Shown here: one piece after another, positions 42,419 through 51,700 of the stretch | How positions within the stretch are numbered: position 1 is the stretch's first letter | Layout of the letters: each line of letters begins with the position of its first letter | Assembly (NCBI GenBank): GCA_044229975.1 | Contig: JBGARZ010000011.1 | Location: forward strand, 64,001 to 128,000 | DNA length: 64,000 bases | From: Polyangiales bacterium | GTDB lineage: Bacteria > Myxococcota_A > Polyangia > Polyangiales > Ga0077539 | Direction of reading: 5' to 3' | Notes under the pieces: generated by a model | The model's database searches: none | Seen by the model: only the letters and a program-made list of their open reading frames with translations | What the model was told of the DNA's origin: nothing | Position numbers and translations under genes: made by a program

Positions 42419-44683
42419 ATGCGTTTCGATCGACGATGGCTGCCCGTGGTTTTGTCCGTGTTGCTCCCGGCGTGCGGTGGCGAGGAGACCCCCTTCACGA
42501 TGATCCCCGACGAGGACTCGGGGATCATCGACAAGAAGGATGCCGGGTCGGGACCCATGTTTCCCGACCGCGGGTTTCCTGCCGACGAGGGGGCGCCCGA
42601 GGTGGACGTCCCGCGCGTCGACGCCGGGCGTGACGCCGGGCGCGATGCGGGCAACACCATGGACTCGGGCGTACGCGACGCCGGCTCCCCCGACATCGGC
42701 GTGCGCGACGTCGGCGTCATCGACACCGGGCCGCCGTACGACCCCTGCGCCGCGGGCTCGGTCATCGACCTCACCACGGCCGGAACCATCACCGGCCAGA
42801 CCACCCGCTACACGGGCAGCAACACCGCGACGGGTGCCTCGGCGCCGCTGCGCATCGCGTGCGGCCTGAGCAGCACCGGCCACGAGGTCGCCCTGCGCTA
42901 CACCCCGCGAGCAAACGTCCGCCTGCGCGTCTCGACCAACAACGAAGGCACCACCGCGGACTTCGACACGGTGGTCTGGGCGCAGGCCGCGTGCGCCTCG
43001 CTCACCACCGCCTCCATGGCGCTCGGCTGCAACGACGACGTCGGCGAGGGCACCCGTCGCCTGACCTCGACCTTCACCACGACCGCGGCCGTCACGGCCG
43101 GGACGCCCGTCTACATCGTGGTCGCCGGCTACGGCACCAACTCGACCGGAACCTTCGCGCTCTCCATCACCGAGGTCGTCCCCGGGATGGCGGGCGGCGA
43201 GTGCGACCCGGCCGACATGATGGGGTGCGTGACGGGGCTGCGCTGCGTTCCGATCGGCACCTCCACGATGATGGGCACCTGCATCGCCGACGGCACCGCG
43301 GGCGGTCGCTGCCGCTCGGCGGGCCTCGCCTGCGACGCGGGCCTCACGTGCAGCGGCGTGGTCACGGCCACCACCGCGCGCTGCCGCGCCACCGTCGCGG
43401 TGGGCGGGGCGTGCGACCCCACGGGCGCCGCCAACATCTGCGCCGAGGGGGCCAACTGCATCACCGCGTCGGGCGCCAGCACCTGCGTCGCCGACGGCAC
43501 CGTGGGCGGTCGCTGCCGCGCCACGGGCATGGCCTGCGACGCCACGCTCGTGTGCAGCGGGAGCGCCTCCAACACCGCCTCGCGCTGCCGCGCCACCATC
43601 GCGGTGGGCGGGGCCTGCGACCTCGCCGGAACGGGCGACCCCTGCGTCACGGGCAGCACCTGCCTCACGGTGGCGGGCAACACCACCTGCGTCGCCGACG
43701 GCGCCGTCAACGGTCGCTGCCGCGGCACCGGCGTGGCGTGCGACACGGGCCTCGGCTGCAACGGCACCGCGAGCGCGACGGCCTCGCGCTGCGTGACGGC
43801 CGTCGCCGTCGGCGGGGCGTGCCCCACCGGGAGCATCTGCACCAGCGGCAGCACCTGCCTGTCGATGGTCTGCATGGCGGATGGCGCCCTCAACGGTCGT
43901 TGCCGCGCGACGGGCATGGCCTGCGACGCGGGCCTCGGCTGCAACGGCACCGCGAGCGCGACGGCCTCGCGCTGCGTGACGGCCGTCGCCGTGGGCGGGG
44001 CGTGCACGTCGATGAGCGTCTGCGCCAGTGGGAGCCGGTGCCTCTCCTCGGGCGGATCGATGATCTGCGTGGCCGACGGCGGGGCGGGCACCCTGTGCCG
44101 CGCCGACGCGCCGCGCTGCAACACGTCGCTGACGTGCTCGTCGGCGTTCGTCATGCCGCTCGAGGGCTGGTGCCTGAGCACGGTGGCGACGGGCGCGACC
44201 TGCGACTGGACCGGGCGCAGCACCATGTGCCCGACGGGCGAAGGCTGCGTCGCGACGAGCGCCACCGCGGGCACCTGCACGGCGGCGCAGGCGGAGATGG
44301 AGAACAACAACTCGTTCAACCCGCCGACGACGGTCTCGTCCACGGGCGCGAGCGTCACCGGGAGCATCGCGGCGGGCGACCGCGACTGCTTCGGGCTCAT
44401 GGTCCCGGCGGGCGGCTCGATCTACGCGCAGGTGCAGCTCCCCGGCGAGCCGGGCTGCCCGCGCGGTGGCTCCGACCCGATGCTCTTCCTCTACCGCCCG
44501 GATGGTAGCCAGCTCACCTCGCAGGACGACACCGACGGCTTCGGGCTCTGCCCGATGATCAACCCGACGGTGATCAGCAACGCGCGCAACGTCTCGGGCG
44601 GGCGCTACACCGTCTGCGTCACCGGCCTCCTGAGCAGCAGCGTCGTCCCCAACTACCTGCTCTCCTTCGGCTACTACCGCTGA
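42419..44683 (+). CDS. Cys-rich repeat lipoprotein with PPC-like terminal domains
   Basis: LPAC lipobox; about five CVADG...GRCR...C...VAVGGAC repeats; C-terminal EMENNN...DRDCF...DPML. Confidence 0.85.
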   Translation: MRFDRRWLPVVLSVLLPACGGEETPFTMIPDEDSGIIDKKDAGSGPMFPDRGFPADEGAPEVDVPRVDAGRDAGRDAGNTMDSGVRDAGSPDIGVRDVGVIDTGPPYDPCAAGSVIDLTTAGTITGQTTRYTGSNTATGASAPLRIACGLSSTGHEVALRYTPRANVRLRVSTNNEGTTADFDTVVWAQAACASLTTASMALGCNDDVGEGTRRLTSTFTTTAAVTAGTPVYIVVAGYGTNSTGTFALSITEVVPGMAGGECDPADMMGCVTGLRCVPIGTSTMMGTCIADGTAGGRCRSAGLACDAGLTCSGVVTATTARCRATVAVGGACDPTGAANICAEGANCITASGASTCVADGTVGGRCRATGMACDATLVCSGSASNTASRCRATIAVGGACDLAGTGDPCVTGSTCLTVAGNTTCVADGAVNGRCRGTGVACDTGLGCNGTASATASRCVTAVAVGGACPTGSICTSGSTCLSMVCMADGALNGRCRATGMACDAGLGCNGTASATASRCVTAVAVGGACTSMSVCASGSRCLSSGGSMICVADGGAGTLCRADAPRCNTSLTCSSAFVMPLEGWCLSTVATGATCDWTGRSTMCPTGEGCVATSATAGTCTAAQAEMENNNSFNPPTTVSSTGASVTGSIAAGDRDCFGLMVPAGGSIYAQVQLPGEPGCPRGGSDPMLFLYRPDGSQLTSQDDTDGFGLCPMINPTVISNARNVSGGRYTVCVTGLLSSSVVPNYLLSFGYYR
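43746..43992 (+). repeat. Recent intragenic duplication (183-bp period)
   Basis: 43746-43809 identical to 43929-43992. Confidence 0.85.
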
Positions 44684-44689
44684 CCGCGC

Positions 44690-45553
44690 TCACCGCCAGG
44701 GCAGGACGTTGCGCGGGTCACACGGCACGCTGACCTCCTGCTCGGTGACCCGCGCGATCTCCTCCCGCATCACGTCGACGCCAGCGCGCACCCGCCGCAC
44801 CTCGTAGTGCAGGTGCACCACGCCTTCGGCGCCGGTGTCCCCCACGAAGCCGATGACGGTCCCCGGTCGCACGAACATCCCGCGCGCGAGCCCCTGCGCC
44901 GCCGCGTCGAGGTGACCGTAGAGCGTCAGGAACGTCCACAGGGTCTCTCCCTCGCGCACGACCTGACGCAGCAGCACCGTCGTCCCGAAGAGGTGCCCGA
45001 CGTAGACGACCTCCGGGTCGCCCTGCTCGCCGCGCAGGCTCACCACGCGCACCGGGGTCCCGCGCGGCTGCGGGAGATCGACGCCGCCGTGCCCCGTGGC
45101 GGTGAGCCCGGCGCCGCGGCGTTGTTGGGAGTCGGGGCGATCGAGGTCGTAGCCCGACGTCACCGCGCGCATCCCCTCGGTCGGAACCGGGTACACGAAG
45201 CGGTCGTAGTCCTCGGGGACGTCACGGCCGCGTGGGATGTGCTCGTACGTGACGCGCCGCCCGGTGCGCTCGGTGTGCACGTTGGTCACCACCGTCGCGC
45301 CCTCGTGGGCCACCGCGCCCGCCGTCGGCAGGCAGAACCCATCGAGGTCGAGCTCGCCCACCGCGCACCGCGGGTGCAGGCACTCGTCGCCCAGCATCAC
45401 CCCGTCGCAGCGCGCTCCCTCGGGCGCGACCGCCGCCGTCTCGGGCGCCCGCGCGTTCATCGCCAGCGCCGCGACCTCCCGCTGCCGCGCCGGCAGCCAC
45501 GCGCACGGAACCACCAGCAGCGCCATCCACGGTGACCAGCTTCGCGCGCTCAT
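44690..45553 (-). CDS. M23 family metallopeptidase
   Basis: HGGVD, LYGHL, IGFVGDTG...VHLHYEV. Confidence 0.9.
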   Translation of the reverse strand: MSARSWSPWMALLVVPCAWLPARQREVAALAMNARAPETAAVAPEGARCDGVMLGDECLHPRCAVGELDLDGFCLPTAGAVAHEGATVVTNVHTERTGRRVTYEHIPRGRDVPEDYDRFVYPVPTEGMRAVTSGYDLDRPDSQQRRGAGLTATGHGGVDLPQPRGTPVRVVSLRGEQGDPEVVYVGHLFGTTVLLRQVVREGETLWTFLTLYGHLDAAAQGLARGMFVRPGTVIGFVGDTGAEGVVHLHYEVRRVRAGVDVMREEIARVTEQEVSVPCDPRNVLPWR

Positions 45554-45602
45554 GGCTCCAGTCCGCCCCCAACGACCGCGACCACCGATCGCATTCCCGC
45601 GC

Positions 45603-46586
45603 TCACGACGACACCATCGCGACGACGCGCGCCGTGAGCCACCACCCGCCCGCGACGCCCGCGAGCGAGACCACCGCGCGCTCGCCCCACGCACGGGCGG
45701 CGAGCGGGAGACGGGAGACCACCGCGCGCTCCCACAGCACCACCGCGAGCACCGCGAGGAGCTGCGCCAGCTCGACGCCGACGTTGAAGGCGCCGAGCGC
45801 GAGGGCGCGCTCACCGGAAGGGAGGCCCGCGGCGCGGAGGCCCTCGGCGAAGCCCAGGCCGTGGACGAGCCCGAAGGCGAAGGGCAGCGCGGGAGACCTG
45901 CTCTCGTCGGGAGCTCGTTGCCAGACGTCGGCCGCCAGCAGCCACACGCTCCCGGCGATGAGCGCCTCGACCCACGCGACCGGCACCGGAACCGTCGTCA
46001 GCGTCGCCGCCGCGAGCGTCGCCGCGTGCCCCAGCGTAAACGCCGACACCGCCATCGCGCGGCGCCGCCAGCCTCGCACCCGCACCATGAGCAGCGCGAG
46101 GAAGAGCAGGTGGTCGACGCCCGTCGCGAGGTGCGCCACCCCGAGCGCCACGAAGGAGCGCGCGGTCGCCCAGCGCGACGGCCTCACCGTCGTCGCCGCA
46201 ATCACCAGCGACGGAACCGCCGGCCGCAGCGTTCGTGCCCACGACGAGCCGTCGCGGCGGTACACGGCGACCAGGGTCTCGTGCGCCGCGCCGAGGTTGT
46301 CCACCGCGACGCCGTCGAGTCCGCCGGGGCCGCAGTCCACCCGCCATTGCCAACGCTCTCCGCGCGCCTCGGGCACCCGCGCGGGAACATCGAGCACCCG
46401 ACACCGCGACGACAGCGCAAACGACCACGCGGCGCCCACCCGCGACGGGTCGTCGTCCACCCGAACGCCCACCGTGACGACGCGGTCGGCGGACTCCGTC
46501 AGCGTCACCACCTCGGGGTCGCGGCCGTGCGCCTGCGCGGCGCTCGCCGTCAGCACCAGCGCGCTCGCGAGCAGCCATCGCGTCAC
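45603..46586 (-). CDS. HupE/UreJ family membrane protein
   Basis: AQAH signal end; LGVAHLATGVDHLLF, AFTLGH, FGLVHGLGFA, FNVGVELAQL. Confidence 0.9.
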   Translation of the reverse strand: MTRWLLASALVLTASAAQAHGRDPEVVTLTESADRVVTVGVRVDDDPSRVGAAWSFALSSRCRVLDVPARVPEARGERWQWRVDCGPGGLDGVAVDNLGAAHETLVAVYRRDGSSWARTLRPAVPSLVIAATTVRPSRWATARSFVALGVAHLATGVDHLLFLALLMVRVRGWRRRAMAVSAFTLGHAATLAAATLTTVPVPVAWVEALIAGSVWLLAADVWQRAPDESRSPALPFAFGLVHGLGFAEGLRAAGLPSGERALALGAFNVGVELAQLLAVLAVVLWERAVVSRLPLAARAWGERAVVSLAGVAGGWWLTARVVAMVSS

Positions 46587-47404
46587 GGCGCGGCACCCGG
46601 CTCGTAGCGCAGCGGTCGCTCGCGTCGGAGGCGCTGGCGGGCGGCCTCTTCGGCCTCGGCACGCTGGTCGTCGCGCCAGTCGGCGACGAGGCGAGCGCCC
46701 GCTTGAACGACGGTGAGCGTCGCGGCGGGCAGGCGTCTGGTGAGACGCACGCGGTGCCACCCGAAGCGCGTCTCGATGGGCGGCGACCATGCGCCGACGG
46801 GGAGCGATCGAAGCGCCTCGACGAAGCCATCGCCGTACTCCGCGGCGAGGCTGGTGTCGTTGCGATCGGTGACCTCGCGGCCGAAGGGCGGCGCGTCACC
46901 GAGCGCGTCGGGGTGGTCGCCGAGCGCGAGGGATGCCATCACGGCGGGACCATCGGCGGGGTGCACCGCGCGTGAGACGAAGACCTGCGTGAAGCTCACC
47001 GTCGACGGGATGGCGTAGCGCTCGGGGTGGCGCGCGAGGGTGCGGGCGAGGTCGGCGGGCGTCGGCGGGGTGGTGGGTGCTTCGCCGCGGAGGGTCCACG
47101 CGGCGCGCTCGACGAGGCGTTGGCGGAGCACGGGGTCGCCCTCCCAGACGCGGCGTTCGATGGCCTCGCGGTAGAGGCGCTCGTCGTCGAGGGAGAGGTC
47201 GACGGCGGCGGCGAGCTCGGCGCGGGTGGGCGGGCGATGGAGGCGGGCGGTGAGCTCCGTGCGCAGCGCAGCGACGGTGGCGCGGGAGACCACCACGGCG
47301 CGATCGGGGGTGCGGTGGGAGCGGGATTCGAGGGCGTAGAGCGCGGCGCCGAGCGCGAGAAACCGCAGCGCGGGAGAGCGCCACAGCCGCCGCGCGTCGA
47401 TCAC
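46583..47404 (-). CDS. Parvulin-like peptidyl-prolyl isomerase (rotamase_2 type)
   Basis: PALRFLALGAALY, LYREA...DPVLRQRL, FTQVF, WSPPIETRFGWH. Confidence 0.85.
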   Translation of the reverse strand: MIDARRLWRSPALRFLALGAALYALESRSHRTPDRAVVVSRATVAALRTELTARLHRPPTRAELAAAVDLSLDDERLYREAIERRVWEGDPVLRQRLVERAAWTLRGEAPTTPPTPADLARTLARHPERYAIPSTVSFTQVFVSRAVHPADGPAVMASLALGDHPDALGDAPPFGREVTDRNDTSLAAEYGDGFVEALRSLPVGAWSPPIETRFGWHRVRLTRRLPAATLTVVQAGARLVADWRDDQRAEAEEAARQRLRRERPLRYEPGAAP

Positions 47405-47613
47405 CCGACGGTGACGAGGGGGGCGTCTTCGTTGACGGCCTGGCCCTCGGCGACGTGGATCGCGGTGACCGTCCCGCCGTCCTCGGACTCGACGGGCATC
47501 TCCATCTTCATCGACTCCAGGATCACCACGGTGGTGCCCGGCTCGATGACGTCGCCGACCTTCACTTCGATCTTCCAGACGGTCCCGGTGATGTGCGCGT
47601 TGATGACGGCCAT
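47401..47613 (-). CDS. Stand-alone biotin/lipoyl carrier protein
   Basis: ILESMKMEMPV; 70 aa. Confidence 0.93.
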   Translation of the reverse strand: MAVINAHITGTVWKIEVKVGDVIEPGTTVVILESMKMEMPVESEDGGTVTAIHVAEGQAVNEDAPLVTVG

Positions 47614-47868
47614 GGTCGTGCTCTCCCTCCAGAATGGAGGCGCGCACCGTACTTTCCCGCCCGCCGTCGAATCAAGCGTCGTGATGGGGCGGTTTTGCGG
47701 GCGTGGTCAGGGAAGTTCCCACCGACCCGGGTGGGCTGGTCAGCGGTGTCCCACCCCATGGACGCGCTGCGTTACAGGCATTTCACGACGATTCATGGGG
47801 CGGTCGTGCGAGCATGGCGTGGCCCGGGTACTGCACTGTCATCGTCCCGAACCTCCATGGAGACCGCG

Positions 47869-48963
47869 ATGCGAACCCCGACCTCGACCGACCGTTCCCC
47901 CCGCTGGCTGTTGAGCCTGAGCATGGTGATGGTCGCGTGCGCCACCAACACCGACGACACGACGCCGACGGTGACCATGGCGGGCTTCGTTCCGGACACG
48001 GAGATCACCGAGGCCGAGCAGGCGGCGGGCGTTCGCACCGACGGCACCACCGAGCCCGAAAACGACTTCACCGCCCCGACGGCGGAGACCGACGGCGACG
48101 TGGCCTCGCTCGCGCCGGCCTTCGACGAGACGGGCGTCACGACGGCGGGCGCGGACGGCACGGGCGTGGCGGTCGACGCGGTGACGGGCTGTCGCGCGGC
48201 GGCCGGGTACAGCCACGGCAACCGCACCAACATCTGCGTGGTGTCGGTCGACGGCAAGCTGGTCGAGGTTCGCACCGCGCAGGCCTTCTCGGCGATGCGC
48301 GCGGCGGCGCGCTCGGCGGGCGTCAACATCACGATCGTCAGCGGCTTCCGCACGATGGATCAGCAGCGCTACCTCTACAACCTGTACCTCGCGGGCCGCG
48401 GCAACCTCGCGGCGCGGCCGGGCTACTCCAACCACCAGAGCGGCCTCGCGCTCGACCTCAACACCAGCAGCGGCGGCGTCTACAACTGGCTCTCGCGCAA
48501 CGCGTCGCGCTTCGGGTTCCGCCGCACGGTGCCGAGCGAGGCGTGGCACTGGGAGCGCCCGGCCGGGTCGCAGGGGTCGTTCTCGGGCGGCAGCTCGACC
48601 AACCGTTGCTACTCCTCGACGCTGGGCCGCGAGGTGGCCGAGAAGACCTGCGTCGAGTCGCGGCTCGATAGTGCCTGGTACCAGTGCGACAACGGGAGCT
48701 GGATCGCCGGTCGCGCCAGCCGCGGCGCGTGCTCGGCGTCGTACCCGCTCAGCGGCGGCAACACCGGCGGCGGCACGAGCGGCGGCAGCGGCACCTGCTA
48801 CAGCGGCACGCTCGGCCGTGACCTGCGCGTGGGCTCGTGCCTCCAGAGCCGCTTCGACAGCGCGTGGTACCAGTGCGCCAGCATCGGGTGGGTGCTCAAC
48901 AGCAGCATCCCCTCCACGCGCCGCGGCTACGCCGGGGCGTGCAGCAGCTACACGCCGCTCTGA
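47869..48963 (+). CDS. M15B (VanY-like) carboxypeptidase lipoprotein with two Cys-rich C-terminal repeats
   Basis: SGFRT...Q, AARPGYSNHQSGLALD, EAWHW; duplicated CYS-x-TLGR...SR-x-DSAWYQC. Confidence 0.9.
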   Translation: MRTPTSTDRSPRWLLSLSMVMVACATNTDDTTPTVTMAGFVPDTEITEAEQAAGVRTDGTTEPENDFTAPTAETDGDVASLAPAFDETGVTTAGADGTGVAVDAVTGCRAAAGYSHGNRTNICVVSVDGKLVEVRTAQAFSAMRAAARSAGVNITIVSGFRTMDQQRYLYNLYLAGRGNLAARPGYSNHQSGLALDLNTSSGGVYNWLSRNASRFGFRRTVPSEAWHWERPAGSQGSFSGGSSTNRCYSSTLGREVAEKTCVESRLDSAWYQCDNGSWIAGRASRGACSASYPLSGGNTGGGTSGGSGTCYSGTLGRDLRVGSCLQSRFDSAWYQCASIGWVLNSSIPSTRRGYAGACSSYTPL

Positions 48964-49054
48964 TCTTCTCCCCGCCTACGATCACAGAAATACGCGCTTC
49001 GCGCGGAAGTTCATAGACAGATTTTCTCGCGCGGCCGTGGCACTCCGTCCCACG

Positions 49055-50433
49055 ATGGCCAAACCTCCGACCGTGCGGGATGAACGGGATTTCAAGGCGT
49101 TTGTCGCCGAGCAGCCGCTCGCGTGGACGATGCCCTCGCAGCCCGCACTCATGGGCCTGCACCTCGGGACGCACGCCGAACCCGCTGCTTCGACGAGGAC
49201 GCTGCGCGACGACGAGCGGCTGTGGGAGGCGTGGTGGCGCGACGAGCTGTCGCTCGACGACACCGTGCGTGCGGGACGGCGGACGGCGACCGTGGGTCGA
49301 CTGCTGGCGTCATCTTTCTGCACGCGCACGACCGGCGGTCTCATGAGGTGGCCGAGCGCGAGCGCCTCGACGAGCTGAGCGAGTTCTCGGCGGAGCTGCG
49401 CCGCGCCCTCGGAGCGGTGCGCGTGGTGTCGCATGACTGCGGAAGCACCCGCGGCGTGATCCTGCGCGACCCGGCCGACCCCGAGGTGCTCGCGCCACCG
49501 CTCCACGAACGCGCGCTGGGTCGCGTCCTCGCGGACGACGTCGTCACTCACGCGGGCGAGGTGCTGGCGCGCGCGGGTGAGGTCATCGGTCCCCGTCACC
49601 ACGCGGTGTGGGACCGCGTCGACGAGGTCTCCATCCGCTCTCTCGCCACATGCGGTGAGAGCGACGGGGTGTGCGCGCGCTGCTACGGGCTCGACCCCGA
49701 TGAAGGAACCATCATGCAGCCCGTCGAGCCGGACGACGGGCGGGAGTGGACGATCCCGATCGACGCCGGGCACTGGTTGCAGACGCCGCTCGGATCGGTG
49801 GTCGAGCGGGGCGACGAGATCGCCGTGGGCGGCTGGGTACACGCGCGCTTCGGTGACGCTGACTGCACACTGCACGAAGTGCGCGATCACCTCGACCTCG
49901 CGCGCGGCGACGTCTCGACCCCTTCACCCTGCGACGGCGTGGTGCTGCGACTCGACACGGGGCGGGTCGTGGTGCGCTCCTTCGCGGGTCGCGAGTATTC
50001 GTTGAGGGGTCGTCGGCCCACGTTCGCCGTCCGCGCAGGCGACCTGGTCGTACGCGGCGAGCCGCTCACCTACGGAGCGACGAGCCAGCGGCGCCTCCTG
50101 CGCATCGTCGGCGAGGAGGCCGTGGCCGCGCTCATCACCGAGACCATCGAGCACCATGCGGTCTGGGGGAAGGTGCCCTTTGCGCGCGTGCACGCCGAGC
50201 TCCTCGCCCGCGCGATGCTCTCGTGGCGGAGGGTGCGTCGACCCGGCGACACCGGGCTCACGCGCAACGCCGTCGTGTCCCGTGCCAAGTGCGATCGTGT
50301 GCAGCGGGAGACCATCGCCCGAGGGGGACAGCCCGCCGAGGTGGTGCCGATCATCAAGGGGCTCGGTCGCCTCGCTGGGCGCCGCTGGATGCTCACCCAC
50401 CGCGAGCGCATGGCGCGCCGCGACGATGAGTGA
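49055..50433 (+). pseudogene. Divergent stand-alone RNA polymerase beta' (RpoC)-like gene, frameshifted and internally deleted
   Basis: First frame (49055-~49305): MPSQPALMGL...TATVGRLL. Second frame (~49305-50433): VVSHDCGS, LHERALGRVLADDV, IRSLATC...GVCARCYGLD, GDLVVRGEPLTYG, HAELLARAML, PGDT, IIKGLGRLA, colinear with RpoC; no NADFDGD. Confidence 0.82.
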
Positions 50434-50498
50434 GCGGGGGGCGGGAGATGCTCTGCCCCCTTTGCCTCACGGTCGTCGCCTGTGGAAGAGTCGTTCCC

Positions 50499-50858
50499 AT
50501 GAGGCCCCTGACGATCGAGCTCCCCGACGATCTCGTGGAGCGGTTGAAGCCCGTCTCCGACCGCATGGTCGCCGTGCTCGAACGTGGCCTCCGTGAAGTG
50601 GACGCCACGGAGCCTGGGTTCGGCGGGGTCGTAGAGGTGATGGAGTTTCTCGCGGGCCTTCCGGCGCCCGATGAGGTGCTCGCGTTGCGCCCTTCCGCGC
50701 GCTTCGAGCATCGGGTCCGTGAGCTGCTCGATCGCAGCGGCACAGCAGGTCTGTCGCCGGACGAGGAGCGCGAGTGGGCTCAGTATGAGTTCGTCGAGCA
50801 CCTCGTTCGCAAGGCGAAGGCGCGCGCCGCAGCGCTCACGCGACGCGTCCCGGCGTGA
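50499..50858 (+). CDS. Small putative antitoxin-like protein
   Basis: N-terminal LTIELPDDL; C-terminal LSPDEEREW...EHLVRKAK; GTGA overlap with the HNH gene. Confidence 0.7.
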   Translation: MRPLTIELPDDLVERLKPVSDRMVAVLERGLREVDATEPGFGGVVEVMEFLAGLPAPDEVLALRPSARFEHRVRELLDRSGTAGLSPDEEREWAQYEFVEHLVRKAKARAAALTRRVPA

Positions 50859-51280
50859 CTCGGATCTATGTGGCAGCCAGCCTGCGGCGACTCGTCCGCG
50901 AGCGTGCCCAAGGCCGCTGCGAGTACTGCTTGACGCCCGAGAGCGTCTCCTTCGTACCGCACGAGCCCGATCACATCATCGCGCAGAAGCACGACGGCGC
51001 CACGGACGAAGGAAACCTCGCCCTCTGCTGTTCGCTCTGCAACAAACACAAAGGAACCGACCTCGCGTCCGTCGACCCGGCGTCTGGAGAGGTGGTGTTG
51101 CTGTATCACCCGCGACGCGACCGATGGGCGGAGCACTTCCAGCTCGGCGAGCTTCGCATTGAGGGAGTGTCACCATCTGGCCGAGCGACCGTCAGGCTAT
51201 TGAGGTTGAACCGCGCGGAGTGCCTCGACGAGCGTGCGCTGCTCGTCGTGGCCGAGCTCTGGCCGTACACGCCGCGGTGA
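50855..51280 (+). CDS. HNH endonuclease
   Basis: RAQGRCEYC, DHIIAQKHDG...NLALCCSLCNKHKG, LYHPR...W-x-EHF. Confidence 0.92.
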   Translation: MTRIYVAASLRRLVRERAQGRCEYCLTPESVSFVPHEPDHIIAQKHDGATDEGNLALCCSLCNKHKGTDLASVDPASGEVVLLYHPRRDRWAEHFQLGELRIEGVSPSGRATVRLLRLNRAECLDERALLVVAELWPYTPR

Positions 51281-51296
51281 ACAGCGCGCTCGACGA

Positions 51297-51560
51297 TCAA
51301 TCCTCGTCGCTGACCGACGTGGTGCGGTCGATGGTCCCGTCGCCGTTGTCGTCGAAGGTCACGGTCATGGGCATGCCGTTGCCGGCCCAGCTCCCGAAGT
51401 TGACGAACTACAGCTCGAAGGTGGGCGCCGTAGCGCTCCCGTCGAAGCTCCCCCCGCGCGCGGGCGCCACCATCGGGTCGACGGTCGACTGGGTGATGGC
51501 CCAGAACATCAGCTCGCGCTCGACGGTGGTGTCGAGCGGCTGCGCGTAGGCGTTGGCCCC
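51297..51560 (-). pseudogene. Gene remnant with in-frame TAG and C-terminal DxxxDG loop
   Basis: ...SFDGSATAPTFEL*FVNFGSWAGNGMPMTVTFDDNGDGTIDRTTSVSDED*; same frame continues past the stop at 51408-51410. Confidence 0.5.
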
Positions 51561-51700
51561 GCCGTCCCCGTCGGGGTCGTGCCGGAGTCGGCGGGCGTGG
51601 TGCCGCGATCGACGGGGTTGGTGCCCGCATCGGTTGGCCCGGGTCCCCCTCCCCCGTGAACCTCGAACTATTCCGAAGGTGCCTGGAGTAGCCTCCGCGC

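Noticed and set aside
49055..50433. Calling this the functional rpoC gene
   Set aside because: Far too short, frameshifted, lacks NADFDGD and the trigger loop, and has no rpoB neighbour
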